From sequence record KM190144: a stretch of DNA of 64,000 nucleotides. One strand, written 5' to 3'. The position numbers were made by a program, and so were the translations under genes. This document shows positions 29,939 to 40,807 of this stretch, piece after piece; positions within the stretch are counted from its first letter, which is position 1, and each line of letters starts with the position of its first letter. Under the pieces are notes generated by a model. The model made no database searches. It saw only the letters and a program-made list of their open reading frames with translations, and was not told where the DNA came from. This DNA is from Escherichia phage Av-05.

Positions 29939-30310
29939 TTAAACATCTTTATTTTCCTTAAAGTAGTTAAATAAATCAGTGATTTTCTCTTCCACACCTT
30001 TATAGAAGAGATACTTTGTGTCTGCCATACGAGAATTATATGCGTCTTGACCTTTTTCCTGCAACCAGAAGAACGCTTGTGCAAACTCACCCTCTTTGAG
30101 GGTCGGGTCATATTCAAAACCAATTCTTTTACAGGCTTGCAAAGACTGATGGATAAGAACATCCAAGGAGTTTATTATATGTGCAGCATTCTCAACATCG
30201 CACGCCATACGATGCTCACCTTTTGCAGAGAGTTCTTTAGAAATCTCCATAAGTCGACGGAAAGTTTCTTCTGCCACTGTTCTTGTACCTTTACTTGTAG
30301 ATATTTTCAT
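29939..30310 (-). CDS. hypothetical protein
   Basis: 123-codon ORF. Confidence 0.3.
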   Translation of the reverse strand: MKISTSKGTRTVAEETFRRLMEISKELSAKGEHRMACDVENAAHIINSLDVLIHQSLQACKRIGFEYDPTLKEGEFAQAFFWLQEKGQDAYNSRMADTKYLFYKGVEEKITDLFNYFKENKDV

Positions 30311-30312
30311 AA

Positions 30313-30738
30313 TTAGTCCTCGAATTTAATCCAACGCTTCTGGGATTTGATCTGACCTTTCTCACCTTTACCTTTCAAACGCTGGACAGCCACCTGTTGT
30401 ACAATTTTACTCCGTAAAGCAAAGCTGATAGCGTCAGGAGCTAAAACACGAGCTTTACAAACACAATTATTATGAAGTGACACAGCATCTTCAAAAGACA
30501 GGTTTAAAGGGTGTTTTTCAGAACCCCAAACACGATAATATCCAAAACGACCATCCTTAACATCTGGGTAGTTAGGTAGTAAACGAGGTGCATATCCTAA
30601 TGCAGCCATCATTTCATCAACCGATGCCATCTGGATATGTGTGGTGTCTTTACCATGATGAGATTCTTTATTATCCCACCAACCCTTTAATTCAGCTTTA
30701 AATTTCTTCAAAAGTTCACTTTTTGAATATGAGGTCAT
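30313..30738 (-). CDS. hypothetical protein
   Basis: 141-codon ORF. Confidence 0.3.
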   Translation of the reverse strand: MTSYSKSELLKKFKAELKGWWDNKESHHGKDTTHIQMASVDEMMAALGYAPRLLPNYPDVKDGRFGYYRVWGSEKHPLNLSFEDAVSLHNNCVCKARVLAPDAISFALRSKIVQQVAVQRLKGKGEKGQIKSQKRWIKFED

Positions 30739-30748
30739 CAGCTATCTC

Positions 30749-32053
30749 CTACTTACCAGGGAAAGTCTCTTCATAAAACTTAACAAGACGTTGATCAACG
30801 ATAATATCTTTATCCCTGATCCTACGTAATAACCTTAATCCTTTTGCACTTGTTGCTCTGCTAAAAGCCACGTATGCCATGCCCGGTGCAAAAGTCCCAT
30901 TGCCAAAGTCAACATTAACTTCCGGTAATGTTAATCCTTGTGCTTTGTGTATTGTAACAGCCCACCCAAGACGAATCGGTAAAGCCCTGTACTCACCAAT
31001 GATAATCTTCTCAATTTCTTCAGTTATTGTACCATCTGGGTTTTTCACCTTTATGGGGTTATACTCAACATTTTCCCACACATAAGGTTCTACGTCAACA
31101 ATATCCCCATTTTCAAGACGGACTCTAACACTGTACCTACGTAGTTCAACAATCTCTCCACGGGAACCATTCACATAGCTTGGTTCATTTAGTCCTTTAG
31201 GGTCATTGACAGTAATCATCACCTGCGCCCCCTCTTTCAGATACAACTCTTCCGGTACAGGTGTCTGGTTAAATTGCCCTGTCTTTTTTGCCTTGTAAAC
31301 TGTTGGGATTCCAGGTATTGCATCAAAACGTTTTTTGTTTATTTTGTCTGCTGCCGCGTTTGTTGAGGTTATTGTTATAGCATCCAAGGGTTTTCCCATG
31401 TTGTAGCAATAAGTATTCATAAACTCAACAATCTCTGGAATACGCTCTCCCTTGCGAAGGCAATTAAGAAGTGTTGAAAAATGAACACTACTTTGCCTGT
31501 ATATTTTATCAAGAAATACAGGATATGGGTTCAATTCTTTCCATGTTTTAGAAAAGCAACAAAGTTCTGTGTCGTGGAACTGGTAGTAGATCTCTTTTTC
31601 TTCACCTTTCAAAACAGGTGGATTCTGTAAGAAATCCCCGAACATGCACACCTGCAAACCACCGAAAGGCTCTTTAGGTTTTTTACGTGCCAGACGACAT
31701 TTCATGTCCATTTCCCAAAGTTTGTCTGCCCTGAACATACTTATCTCTTCAATAATAAGAATCTTCAGTGCTTTACTTTTAAGCAACTTCTTAGCCTTTG
31801 CCTTTATCTCTTCTGCATCTTTTTTAGTGGACACGCCTAATGAAAGTCCGAAAGCTCTGTGTGCCGTCATACCATCCACATTAATGGCAGCAGCCCCTGT
31901 AGGGGCCACTGTCAAGACTGAACCTGCGTATAAGGATTGGATAGTTTTTATGGTATGGCTCTTTCCAGCACCTGCATAACCACTGATAAACACATTTTCA
32001 CCGGACATTATAGCGCCAAGAGCATCTTCAACGCCAACCCCGTATTGAGACAT
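30749..32053 (-). CDS. SF1 DNA helicase (Dda/RecD-like)
   Basis: Walker A GYAGAGKSHT; C-terminal HKAQGLT...AYVAFSRA helicase motifs. Confidence 0.6.
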   Translation of the reverse strand: MSQYGVGVEDALGAIMSGENVFISGYAGAGKSHTIKTIQSLYAGSVLTVAPTGAAAINVDGMTAHRAFGLSLGVSTKKDAEEIKAKAKKLLKSKALKILIIEEISMFRADKLWEMDMKCRLARKKPKEPFGGLQVCMFGDFLQNPPVLKGEEKEIYYQFHDTELCCFSKTWKELNPYPVFLDKIYRQSSVHFSTLLNCLRKGERIPEIVEFMNTYCYNMGKPLDAITITSTNAAADKINKKRFDAIPGIPTVYKAKKTGQFNQTPVPEELYLKEGAQVMITVNDPKGLNEPSYVNGSRGEIVELRRYSVRVRLENGDIVDVEPYVWENVEYNPIKVKNPDGTITEEIEKIIIGEYRALPIRLGWAVTIHKAQGLTLPEVNVDFGNGTFAPGMAYVAFSRATSAKGLRLLRRIRDKDIIVDQRLVKFYEETFPGK

Positions 32054-33066
32054 CAGTCCTCCTTAGATTCTTGTAGATAAATCTCTTCAAGAATTTTACC
32101 CTGTACACCAATGACAATAATATCTGGCGCACCTGCTGGTTTTGGTGTTCCTGTCAGAACTTCATAACGACAGCAACGGCATTTTTTCTGGTTATAGTCA
32201 TAAGGGACACTGACAATATCTGCCGGATCCACAGATACTTCTACAAGTACCCTTGAAGTCTTCTCAAAGGTAGTGGCATAGTCAATAGATGCAACATGCA
32301 AACCTTGGCTACATGTTCTATTGGGATTATCCTCAACCATATTACGTGGCATGGAAATAACTTGCCCTTTATAATTAGGAACTTTACCTGTATGACAATC
32401 TCGTGGGCCATCTACAGTTATCTTAATTTTCTTGTATGCCTTAATATTTCCGTTTTCAAGGATCTCAAGATCATTATGTTTTACAAAATCATAAAGCATT
32501 TTAACAGAAGCATACGACGGGTTGTGTAGCAACTTCTGCATGAATTTGACATATCGTTCGTCAAAGCAATCATTCTCAATATCTTTAATGATTCGTTTAG
32601 CAATACTGCTTTCCTGTTTTTGCCCGTGCCAATACAAAACACCATCTATCAATACTAAATTATCACCAAAATCAATGGTCTTTTTCTTTTCTGCTTCTTT
32701 CTCTTCTAAAATACGTTGTACAGCAGCATCTATTCCTCCTGTCCAAAGGATAACACCAACTTCTTTGAAGATGGGGCTGCTACTATTTAGAGTATATTGT
32801 TCACCATTTAACAAAGTGATATGAATATTGTCTTGGGTAACAAGGACAATTGGTTGTGCAAGAGAATGCACTGGCTTCATAATACCTACAGGATCTTCCT
32901 TGGCCTTTTTGGTTGTCGGCATTCCTTTTTTGGGTGCAACTGTCCAGCGTTTAAGAACATTTAGACCACGATCAACAACCATCATATTATTTTTCTTAGC
33001 GTATTCACGAGCTTCACGACGTGACATGAATAAAGGATTACTCACCTTTTCCTCCTTTGCTGTCAA
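32053..33066 (-). CDS. rIIB: rIIB-like protein
   Basis: C-terminal region ...RTCSQGLHVASIDY...VSVPYDYN... resembles T4 rIIB; directly downstream of rIIA; start uncertain. Confidence 0.7.
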   Translation of the reverse strand: MTAKEEKVSNPLFMSRREAREYAKKNNMMVVDRGLNVLKRWTVAPKKGMPTTKKAKEDPVGIMKPVHSLAQPIVLVTQDNIHITLLNGEQYTLNSSSPIFKEVGVILWTGGIDAAVQRILEEKEAEKKKTIDFGDNLVLIDGVLYWHGQKQESSIAKRIIKDIENDCFDERYVKFMQKLLHNPSYASVKMLYDFVKHNDLEILENGNIKAYKKIKITVDGPRDCHTGKVPNYKGQVISMPRNMVEDNPNRTCSQGLHVASIDYATTFEKTSRVLVEVSVDPADIVSVPYDYNQKKCRCCRYEVLTGTPKPAGAPDIIVIGVQGKILEEIYLQESKED

Positions 33067-35038
33067 TAAATTTACGATACTCTAGCATCTCTGGAGTATT
33101 GAAATGCCTAATATTAATGTATTTTAACAATGGGTAGCGATCTTTCTTAATTTGTAGCAGCTTTTTACCAATTCTCTTCTTGGCCTCTATCATCCATAAT
33201 GCTTTCTCACGGCTATCTTCGTAGCCAGGAACTGAACAATAACTGGGCATGTTTACCTTCATCTCCCATTTTGGGAAACTGGCTACCATCACACCAAAAT
33301 AGCTAAGCTCTTTAACAATGTTATGATACTCATGATCTTTCCCCACTTCTTGATATAAATGATATTCAAGAAGGTTAGTTTTTGCAAGAGCATGAATATC
33401 CTCCTCAGTTATAACCCGTGCCTCATCTGGCAGCCAACTTGATCTGTTTAAAGGCACAATGTATAACTTACCTGCCACACCAAGATGTTTAAGAAATGTT
33501 GGTGGTTGCTTTCTCCAAGTTGTTCTAAGATTGGAAACGTATCCTAACGGGCATAATCCTTTCACCTGCCCACCCCAGTAGACCATAGCCGCCTCAATAT
33601 CTTCAAATTGAGCACGGGAAATACGGGTTACATCTACGGAGCCATCTTGGTTGATTATCCAAACTTTATGACCCGGTTCGTAATAACCATAGCCACCATA
33701 CTTTTTATCTGCTTTTTGCACTGGTCGTTTTTCAAGTTCAGATAACTTGAAAATCATCCCTTCAAAGAATTTATCACTGTATAAGGACAGAGCGTAATCA
33801 GCATCGGTTATAAACGATCTCTTACCGAACTTCTCTGCAAGCCAGTTACATTTAGAACGCACATACTTGCGATCATCATTGTAAACCAGTGGATGACCAT
33901 TCATCAACTCTGCGTATGAATAACGCTCATCCTTACCACGGCGTGAGCCTTCGCCACCATATGTTTCACAGTAATCTATGTAAGAACCATCAGTATAATT
34001 CTTGAATTTATTTGCAATAAAAGCAGCACCGTATTTTGTGGCGAAGTAACCGCCAATAAACTTCATATGATCAAGGACTGCTTTTAAAGTTGGCAGATCG
34101 CTTAATTCTTTTGTGATTTCTTCTCCGCGAAGTCGGATAGCTTTCGTCACAAAACTTTCAAGTTTATCACGGAATCCTCCGTCATTCTTTCCTTCTACTG
34201 TCCATTCTCGGCCTGGGTCTACATTACAATCCCCAATAGGGATAGATACCGTCATCATGGGCAGTTCTTTACGAGTCGAGAGATAATCAGAAAGATATGG
34301 TTGCTGACCCATGATAACAACACTATCCGCGTTTCTTGAAATGCTACTATACATCTCAAGAACCCAGCCAGTCTCCTCATCCTCATAACGATACTGAACA
34401 GGATAAGTGCGATCTTCAATCTGAGTTTTAACAAAAGGATCGTTAATGATATATGGAAATTTAGCATAGCGAAGGCATTTTACAATAGCCAGCCGATAAG
34501 CTCCTGTTTCCCAAGTGTTTACGTTAAATTTAACCTCTACACCATTCTCCTCTGTTGTTTCACAAGAGAATAAAGGCACAACCTCTGGGATTCCACTGTT
34601 TTTATGGACAGAGTATGTTGTTTTCACTCCATCTTTAACAGAAATAACTGTGAACATATCTGTTACTGCAAGAGGCGCTTTTGACCCAATACCTTTCGCG
34701 CCAATCAGATCATTACTGTTTCTTTTTGTGGACTCACCAATCATCATGAATGTACGTGTTACCATCTCATGATCCATACCTAACCCTGTATCCTTAACAG
34801 AATACCAAGGTTCCAAGTCTGTTGGTGAGTGGATGATGATGGGTTTGTCAGAACACCCTGCCTCTGTGTGAGCATCTACAGCGTTGAAGAGAGGCTCTCG
34901 TACTGCTGCTAAAGGTTTATCTTTATAAATTCCATCGATAAGAATACTGAAAGTCTCAGGATTCATTGCAATTGATGCTTGGTATCTTTCTACGTTCCCA
35001 GTTACCTGAACTTTGTTGTCAGATCTTTGAATAATCAT
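33038..35038 (-). CDS. rIIA: rIIA-like protein
   Basis: GHKL/HATPase-like N and G boxes (EPLFNAVDAH, GAKGIGSKAP) as in T4 rIIA; size 666 aa. Confidence 0.7.
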   Translation of the reverse strand: MIIQRSDNKVQVTGNVERYQASIAMNPETFSILIDGIYKDKPLAAVREPLFNAVDAHTEAGCSDKPIIIHSPTDLEPWYSVKDTGLGMDHEMVTRTFMMIGESTKRNSNDLIGAKGIGSKAPLAVTDMFTVISVKDGVKTTYSVHKNSGIPEVVPLFSCETTEENGVEVKFNVNTWETGAYRLAIVKCLRYAKFPYIINDPFVKTQIEDRTYPVQYRYEDEETGWVLEMYSSISRNADSVVIMGQQPYLSDYLSTRKELPMMTVSIPIGDCNVDPGREWTVEGKNDGGFRDKLESFVTKAIRLRGEEITKELSDLPTLKAVLDHMKFIGGYFATKYGAAFIANKFKNYTDGSYIDYCETYGGEGSRRGKDERYSYAELMNGHPLVYNDDRKYVRSKCNWLAEKFGKRSFITDADYALSLYSDKFFEGMIFKLSELEKRPVQKADKKYGGYGYYEPGHKVWIINQDGSVDVTRISRAQFEDIEAAMVYWGGQVKGLCPLGYVSNLRTTWRKQPPTFLKHLGVAGKLYIVPLNRSSWLPDEARVITEEDIHALAKTNLLEYHLYQEVGKDHEYHNIVKELSYFGVMVASFPKWEMKVNMPSYCSVPGYEDSREKALWMIEAKKRIGKKLLQIKKDRYPLLKYINIRHFNTPEMLEYRKFIDSKGGKGE

Positions 35039-35058
35039 TCAATACCTCTATGAACTAA

Positions 35059-35604
35059 TTATGCGTCAGGATGCTTGTAAAAAATATGATTCCCAACCTT
35101 CACTGTTCTCACCATAACTTTTGTCCAAGATGGTCTAACAGTAGTTGCATGATAGTACGTTGCTGATTTTGTGTAGTCAAGAGCTTTGTATAAACTTTTG
35201 TGGTCTTTATGCAATCTCATCAAGATTTTAGCATAAAATTTAGCCCTCAACCATCTATCCTTTTCATAAACTTTAAAGGATTGCCCACCGAATGTCCAAG
35301 AGAATTGCCCTCGCTGATAAACTACTTTCTTGATAGTACGAGGGAAATTTTTGTCATCCTTTCTGTTCAGCGTGGCAAACGCGACACCCATCATTCCATA
35401 ATCGCCTTCACCTCTTCCTTCTTTATACATATTACAGGCAAGAATATTAAGCTCTGTATCATTCTTCTTGCAAATGTGAAGAACTCTGGGCTTCTTTGCA
35501 CTTTCTTTGGCTAGAACAGGAGTAATAGACAGAGAAAGTGCACAGCAAACTGCAAATAATAAAGATCTTATTTTCAAAACTAACTCCAGACAAATAAGCC
35601 CCAT
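35059..35604 (-). CDS. secreted SleB/CwlJ-like cell-wall hydrolase
   Basis: signal-peptide-like N-terminus; GRGEGDYGMMGVAFATLNR and YQRGQFSW motifs; start uncertain. Confidence 0.45.
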   Translation of the reverse strand: MGLICLELVLKIRSLLFAVCCALSLSITPVLAKESAKKPRVLHICKKNDTELNILACNMYKEGRGEGDYGMMGVAFATLNRKDDKNFPRTIKKVVYQRGQFSWTFGGQSFKVYEKDRWLRAKFYAKILMRLHKDHKSLYKALDYTKSATYYHATTVRPSWTKVMVRTVKVGNHIFYKHPDA

Positions 35605-35618
35605 GAAGGGGCTTCTTG

Positions 35619-35960
35619 TTAACGATGGGTAATATCTCCAGATATTGTGTTCACACTACCATGGATCGTATTTGCGCAAACATCACCAGACACCGAAGAC
35701 ACATTGCCTAAAATATCTTTTTCAACATTAATATCCCCAGATGTTGAGATCACACCATTAGAGACATTTCCATAAACATTGATACCACCTGATGTTGTGC
35801 GTACCTCTTTAGCATCACCTTTGATAATAACTGTGATGTTTTTATCGTTTGTGGTGTGAACTAAATCACCATTGATATATACATTATCACCCTTAGTAGT
35901 GATAGAGATACTACCATTGGTATAGTTTCCAGAAATTGTATTGCCGTTAATTGTAATCAT
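35619..35960 (-). CDS. beta-repeat protein (bactofilin-like?)
   Basis: repetitive ...INGNTISGNYTNGSISITT...GDINV...GNVS... pattern; start at internal ATG. Confidence 0.35.
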   Translation of the reverse strand: MITINGNTISGNYTNGSISITTKGDNVYINGDLVHTTNDKNITVIIKGDAKEVRTTSGGINVYGNVSNGVISTSGDINVEKDILGNVSSVSGDVCANTIHGSVNTISGDITHR

Positions 35961-36131
35961 TGTTTTGTTTCTCTTTAACAATATGTGCTTTCTGAACAGA
36001 GTATACAAATGTTTTATTGTCTTCAATAAACTCTCTGCCCTGTTCTTCATTCTCAAAAATAATTGTGTCACACTTTGCCTTTAACATACCACGTTCTACA
36101 GTTGTGTGTGTCGTAGAAACAATTAAAGCCA

Positions 36132-37172
36132 TTAAGACACCTCGTTAAGTTGTTCCATGTACCAGCTACGGGCTTTATTTGTTGTAAATTTTGCCACGTC
36201 TTTCATAGAAAGAGAATTGGCTTCTAGCACATCAGCTTCTTCTTTGTTGATATCTCGGTTAACCCATGCGATAAATGCCCCCAGAGATGCGATGTCCAAT
36301 CCAATCTCTTGCAAACCTTGTTGCAAGCGGTTCTCGGTGACTGCATACTCCACAAAATCTTTGATAGATTGCAGTTTCACAGGATCAACAAAGGCTAGGG
36401 TTTTCACTTTAGAGACAGAATGTTTTTGCCCTTTCACTTTAAACCAAAGTGCAGAAACATGTGCCAAGTGGCGATCTTTAGGTGTCCATACCACACCCTC
36501 ACCAACACCAGATACACCAAAATATTTACCTACTGGGCACTCTTTTTCCACACCTTCGGTGATCTGTGCAATTTCTGATTGCACTGTCTCTGGCATGTTA
36601 AAAGGAATATCCAGTTCCCACTTACCAAAAGTTAAAATATTATAAATGCGTTGTTCTGGTAATCCAATGCCAAGAATATCGTCTAAAGCTAACCATTTTC
36701 GATGGTCATTCTCTTTTCCTACTGCCACACGGAAAATAGTAAAGAAAGGCATGATTTCAGATACCGCAACACCTTTCTGGATACCTTTTCCTGAAAATTC
36801 TCCAGCAATTTCTACTGGGAACTTAAATTCAATACCCCGATCTTCGCAGAGTTGCTTAACTTGCTCCAACAGGAGCTTATGGTCCTTTTCAACCATAAAG
36901 GCCATAAACCCATAATTGTCTTCTTCCAAAGACAAAACGCGTTCTTTGGACTGGTATACAACCTCATCTTCAGAATTAAAGACTACACGGCAATTAGTCC
37001 CGTGAATTTTAACTGTTCCCACATAAGGAATGAGATATTGGTCTGGAGAGGCAACCTTACGCTTTATATTGCCATTCTCATCACGACCATCATAGGTTAA
37101 ACGATCATGAATCGCTCGGATAACATTGCGAAATTGGCTAGTGCTTGGATACTTAGTTACTTGCATTATCAT
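36132..37172 (-). CDS. RNA ligase 2-like (Rnl2 family)
   Basis: nucleotidyltransferase motif I KIHGTN and EFSGKGIQK segment as in T4 Rnl2. Confidence 0.6.
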   Translation of the reverse strand: MIMQVTKYPSTSQFRNVIRAIHDRLTYDGRDENGNIKRKVASPDQYLIPYVGTVKIHGTNCRVVFNSEDEVVYQSKERVLSLEEDNYGFMAFMVEKDHKLLLEQVKQLCEDRGIEFKFPVEIAGEFSGKGIQKGVAVSEIMPFFTIFRVAVGKENDHRKWLALDDILGIGLPEQRIYNILTFGKWELDIPFNMPETVQSEIAQITEGVEKECPVGKYFGVSGVGEGVVWTPKDRHLAHVSALWFKVKGQKHSVSKVKTLAFVDPVKLQSIKDFVEYAVTENRLQQGLQEIGLDIASLGAFIAWVNRDINKEEADVLEANSLSMKDVAKFTTNKARSWYMEQLNEVS

Positions 37173-37539
37173 CTTCCTTATTAATAAAAGTCACACCAAG
37201 AGTTGCCTGGGCAAGAAGTTTCGTGATCTCCTGGCTCCATACAGGACTGGAGATAAAATGTTGTAATTGGAGGCTACCTAAGCGATAGGCACTGTTCATC
37301 GTAATAGCATAGATTTCTCCATCGTGCAGGATCAGACTTTCGACAACAGAAGTCCTGATATTAGAACCACTAAATCCACGCTTTTTGAGGTCATCTGCTA
37401 AGTATCCACAAATGCATCGAACATCTTTTGTATAACCAAAACCGAAATAGGGTTCAGCACCGAACAGGATACCAGCGTATCTCTTCCCACAGACATAGGT
37501 ATCTTTAGATATGCCTGTTACAGATTTACTTTCCATCAT
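37153..37539 (-). CDS. hypothetical protein
   Basis: 128-codon ORF. Confidence 0.3.
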   Translation of the reverse strand: MMESKSVTGISKDTYVCGKRYAGILFGAEPYFGFGYTKDVRCICGYLADDLKKRGFSGSNIRTSVVESLILHDGEIYAITMNSAYRLGSLQLQHFISSPVWSQEITKLLAQATLGVTFINKEDDNASN

Positions 37540-37739
37540 TGGCCCTCCACATCGTCAATATCTTCCATACCATCTTGCCACAGAACTTCATAGCAAGCGT
37601 CATAAATTGCGCTCATAGCATCTTTACGATCTAACACATCTACAATTTTTGGATCAATACTTTTAATTGCTTCCGCAATTTTATCGTAAGCAATATCAGG
37701 ATGCATGTTCTTTTTTGCCATCTGGGATCTCCTCTTCAT
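37536..37739 (-). CDS. hypothetical protein
   Basis: 67-codon ORF. Confidence 0.25.
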   Translation of the reverse strand: MKRRSQMAKKNMHPDIAYDKIAEAIKSIDPKIVDVLDRKDAMSAIYDACYEVLWQDGMEDIDDVEGQ

Positions 37740-38217
37740 TTAAGACATAAATTGTCACATCACAATCATGGAGAACAGATTCTATCATAGTTTCTATGAT
37801 TTTCCAATCCCCACCTGCTAGTCCAGCACCTATTTTTGGCAGCCCGATCTTATAATCAGACATAAAACCATCTGTGTGCCTTTGCAAACAATCTCGCATT
37901 GCTGCTAAGGAATCGTAAAGGGCGTTATAATTCAGATCCCTCACACCCATTCTACGCCCATTATAACCGTATTGTGTGTACAGATTAAAACCAGCCAGTT
38001 TACCTTCGTTCATGACAACCCAAGTATAACTGCCCAGTTTTGTTCGATCACCTTTCTCTGTCTTTAAATCTTCAGCATACATTTTTGGGAATGCATTCTT
38101 TATTTCTTTAGCAATTCCAGACCCCATGGTGCAAAATGTATTACAACCATGAGCTATTACATTAACATCCCTTTTAAGTGCTGCCTCTATTAAGCAACCA
38201 ACTTTATACTTAAGCAT
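37696..38217 (-). CDS. macro-domain protein
   Basis: VIAHGCNTFCTMGSGIAKEI and IGAGLAGGDW motifs; paralog of 54450-54917; start by alignment to paralog. Confidence 0.55.
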   Translation of the reverse strand: MLKYKVGCLIEAALKRDVNVIAHGCNTFCTMGSGIAKEIKNAFPKMYAEDLKTEKGDRTKLGSYTWVVMNEGKLAGFNLYTQYGYNGRRMGVRDLNYNALYDSLAAMRDCLQRHTDGFMSDYKIGLPKIGAGLAGGDWKIIETMIESVLHDCDVTIYVLNEEEIPDGKKEHAS

Positions 38218-38564
38218 TGTCTGATACCTCTTCGCATTCGTATGGATAGATATCCAGTCTTTTCCCATTCCATTCGCAAGAGTAACACTCAAGAAAACTA
38301 CCATTAAATATTTCTTCTCTTACTTCAAGAATATCTCCTGTTTTTGGATATCCATCAACATCCGAAAAATCAGAAATCATTTTAACCTTCATTCACAACT
38401 CCTTTCAAGGAAGGCATTCATACTTTCCAATGCCTCGCTTTTATTTTTAGCACAAACAACAAACACACGCTTATTTTTATAGGTGTATCCTGCCATGACC
38501 ATATCGGATCTTTCAATCCACCATTTCTCATGTAGCTGGTCTTTCTTAAATTTATGTTTTGCCA

Positions 38565-38981
38565 TCAACGATTATACCATACCACATGTGTGGCCCAGTC
38601 TGGTTTTTTATCCCATACTGAAACGTCAGATTCATAGCTATCGTTAGGACACCAGTATCCGTTCCCATCTTCAGGGCTGAAAATCGCAGCTAGGACACCA
38701 AAATTCCAATCATCAAGATCCATCACCTTAGCCCCAGCGGTCTTAAAATTAGCCTCTGTTTTAAGATGATCTTTCAGAAAATCACTGATAGATGGAATTG
38801 GCATGTAAGCAATAACAGGTTCAAAATCAAAGTAGAAAGACCCATTGATGACATGAATAATACAGTTATTGCCTTGATAGGATTCACAAATGCCAATCTT
38901 ACCATCTGCCAAGACGACAAGCCATCTACCAACATCAAGATCTTCAACACCATTGGGAGTTTTTATCCACACATCATTCAT
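38565..38981 (-). CDS. hypothetical protein
   Basis: 138-codon ORF. Confidence 0.3.
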   Translation of the reverse strand: MNDVWIKTPNGVEDLDVGRWLVVLADGKIGICESYQGNNCIIHVINGSFYFDFEPVIAYMPIPSISDFLKDHLKTEANFKTAGAKVMDLDDWNFGVLAAIFSPEDGNGYWCPNDSYESDVSVWDKKPDWATHVVWYNR

Positions 38982-39021
38982 TTAGGTATTCCTAGGAAAA
39001 GCAGCCATTAGGCTGCTGCTA

Positions 39022-40230
39022 TTAATTTAAAATTGCATCTACATCTTTTGCAAAGTTCTTGTGATATTCAGTAATAATCTGCATGACAACAGGATACTTC
39101 TTAAGTAACTTCGCTGGCAGTCTGTCACGAAGGCCATCTAACAAAATACCCTTCCCTGTAGAGCTGTCATTAATAAACGTCATGAAGACAGATGATACAA
39201 AATCACGGTTGGAATGAGCATCATCTTTACCAAAGTTATCATACAGATATTGCAAGAAATTGGCTGAGAAGTCAATAATCTGATCATCTGTGTAGTTGGT
39301 ATTCTTCATAGCCTTACGTAGCCAGATGCAACCTTGTGATCCTAGCGTCCACAATACATCAGAGCTATCAGAGCCAGTGTGTTCTTTAATTGAACCATCC
39401 ATTACTTTCTCAATGGGGACCATATCAGCAACGCGAGTATGGTAATACCATAACTCTTTCATTAATGGCCCACCAATACACCCTTGCAAAGCAGCCATTG
39501 CAAGACGGGAAGTCAGATCACCATCCTCATACGCATACAGAATATCACTTGCAGTAACCCAAGTTCGTGGTGTGGCATATGCAGGACTGTTAATCTCATA
39601 CATGGCCTCGAAGTTTTCCAGTTTATCGGGATTGGCCTGGATAAAACCAATTACTGATGGATGCACATTTTTACGCAACGCATAATCCTGCATCCACACA
39701 GAGGCATCGTAATCAAGTTCCACAACAATAAAACGGTTAGCCAAAGGAGCTTCCATCATGGTCACTGCCGTACCATCACCAGGACGGTTCCCTGCCGCTG
39801 CAAAAACTGCACCTTTTGGAAAGGTGTACTTACCAATTTTATGATCCAAAACAATCTGGAAAGCTACTTTCTGTAAGTAGTTATCTGCATGTAAAAGTTC
39901 ATCAAGGAAAATAATACCTTCCCAATCTGGGTCTTCTGGCCAGAAATCTGGTAGCGCATAGACTGTACGTGTTTTTCCATTGTCGTCTGTTACAGGAATC
40001 TGTACACCTACAACGTCTGTCGGATCTTTATCCGCAAGACGAAAATCAACGAGATTATCATCTCGTTCACCAAACATCTCATTGGCAACTTGCTTCATGA
40101 CTTGACTCTTACCAAGCCCAGCACCACCAAACATCATAAGTGCTTTGTTTGCCTTCTTACAAAATTTCATGAGGCTTGGAATATCACGGAGTGTAACACG
40201 ATGATCTTCAAAAATATTTCTACTAGACAT
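39022..40230 (-). CDS. MoxR/CobS-like AAA+ ATPase
   Basis: Walker A GGAGLGKS, Walker B IIFLDELL, arginine-finger region. Confidence 0.6.
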   Translation of the reverse strand: MSSRNIFEDHRVTLRDIPSLMKFCKKANKALMMFGGAGLGKSQVMKQVANEMFGERDDNLVDFRLADKDPTDVVGVQIPVTDDNGKTRTVYALPDFWPEDPDWEGIIFLDELLHADNYLQKVAFQIVLDHKIGKYTFPKGAVFAAAGNRPGDGTAVTMMEAPLANRFIVVELDYDASVWMQDYALRKNVHPSVIGFIQANPDKLENFEAMYEINSPAYATPRTWVTASDILYAYEDGDLTSRLAMAALQGCIGGPLMKELWYYHTRVADMVPIEKVMDGSIKEHTGSDSSDVLWTLGSQGCIWLRKAMKNTNYTDDQIIDFSANFLQYLYDNFGKDDAHSNRDFVSSVFMTFINDSSTGKGILLDGLRDRLPAKLLKKYPVVMQIITEYHKNFAKDVDAILN

Positions 40231-40465
40231 TCGTCTCGTTCCTTAAATCGTTCTTCTGCTCAAGATAACTTTCAATGATACTGTCTATATCTGCTGATTC
40301 AATATCAGCATACAGATTTGTAATGCTTGATGCAAGGTCTTTGGCAGAAAGATTGTCTACTCTTTCTGCACCAAAAACTAAAAACCATTGTCGCCGTGTC
40401 ATCCTCGCTCTAACAACAGTTTTTAAAAACTCCGCTCTCTCTGAAAAATCAAGAGGTTTTACCAC
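40223..40465 (-). CDS. hypothetical protein
   Basis: 80-codon ORF. Confidence 0.3.
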   Translation of the reverse strand: MVKPLDFSERAEFLKTVVRARMTRRQWFLVFGAERVDNLSAKDLASSITNLYADIESADIDSIIESYLEQKNDLRNETNV

Positions 40466-40707
40466 TTATCCACCCAAACTCTGTTCTCATCACACCAGTC
40501 GTAGAACTCGTTCAAAGCCAGATTGAACTGCTGTAGAGGACTCACGATAAGGTTGGGGTTATCTTCTTTACTACAGATTTCCAAGTATTCCTCATATGTG
40601 AGAATATGCTGCATTTCTTCAAGAATATCATATAACCACCCATCGAAGTCAGCATTCTCTTCATCAGTCTGCTTTGGTAAAAGTCGTTTTACTCTTTTTA
40701 CAAGCAT
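40459..40707 (-). CDS. hypothetical protein
   Basis: 82-codon ORF. Confidence 0.3.
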   Translation of the reverse strand: MLVKRVKRLLPKQTDEENADFDGWLYDILEEMQHILTYEEYLEICSKEDNPNLIVSPLQQFNLALNEFYDWCDENRVWVDKW

Positions 40708-40807
40708 ATCTACAAACAGGTGAATATTATCATCTGCCCAAGGCTCTACCTTACCTTCTACGGGATTACCTTTCCAGATATCACGTAAATCAAGTCGATG
40801 TTTCCTT

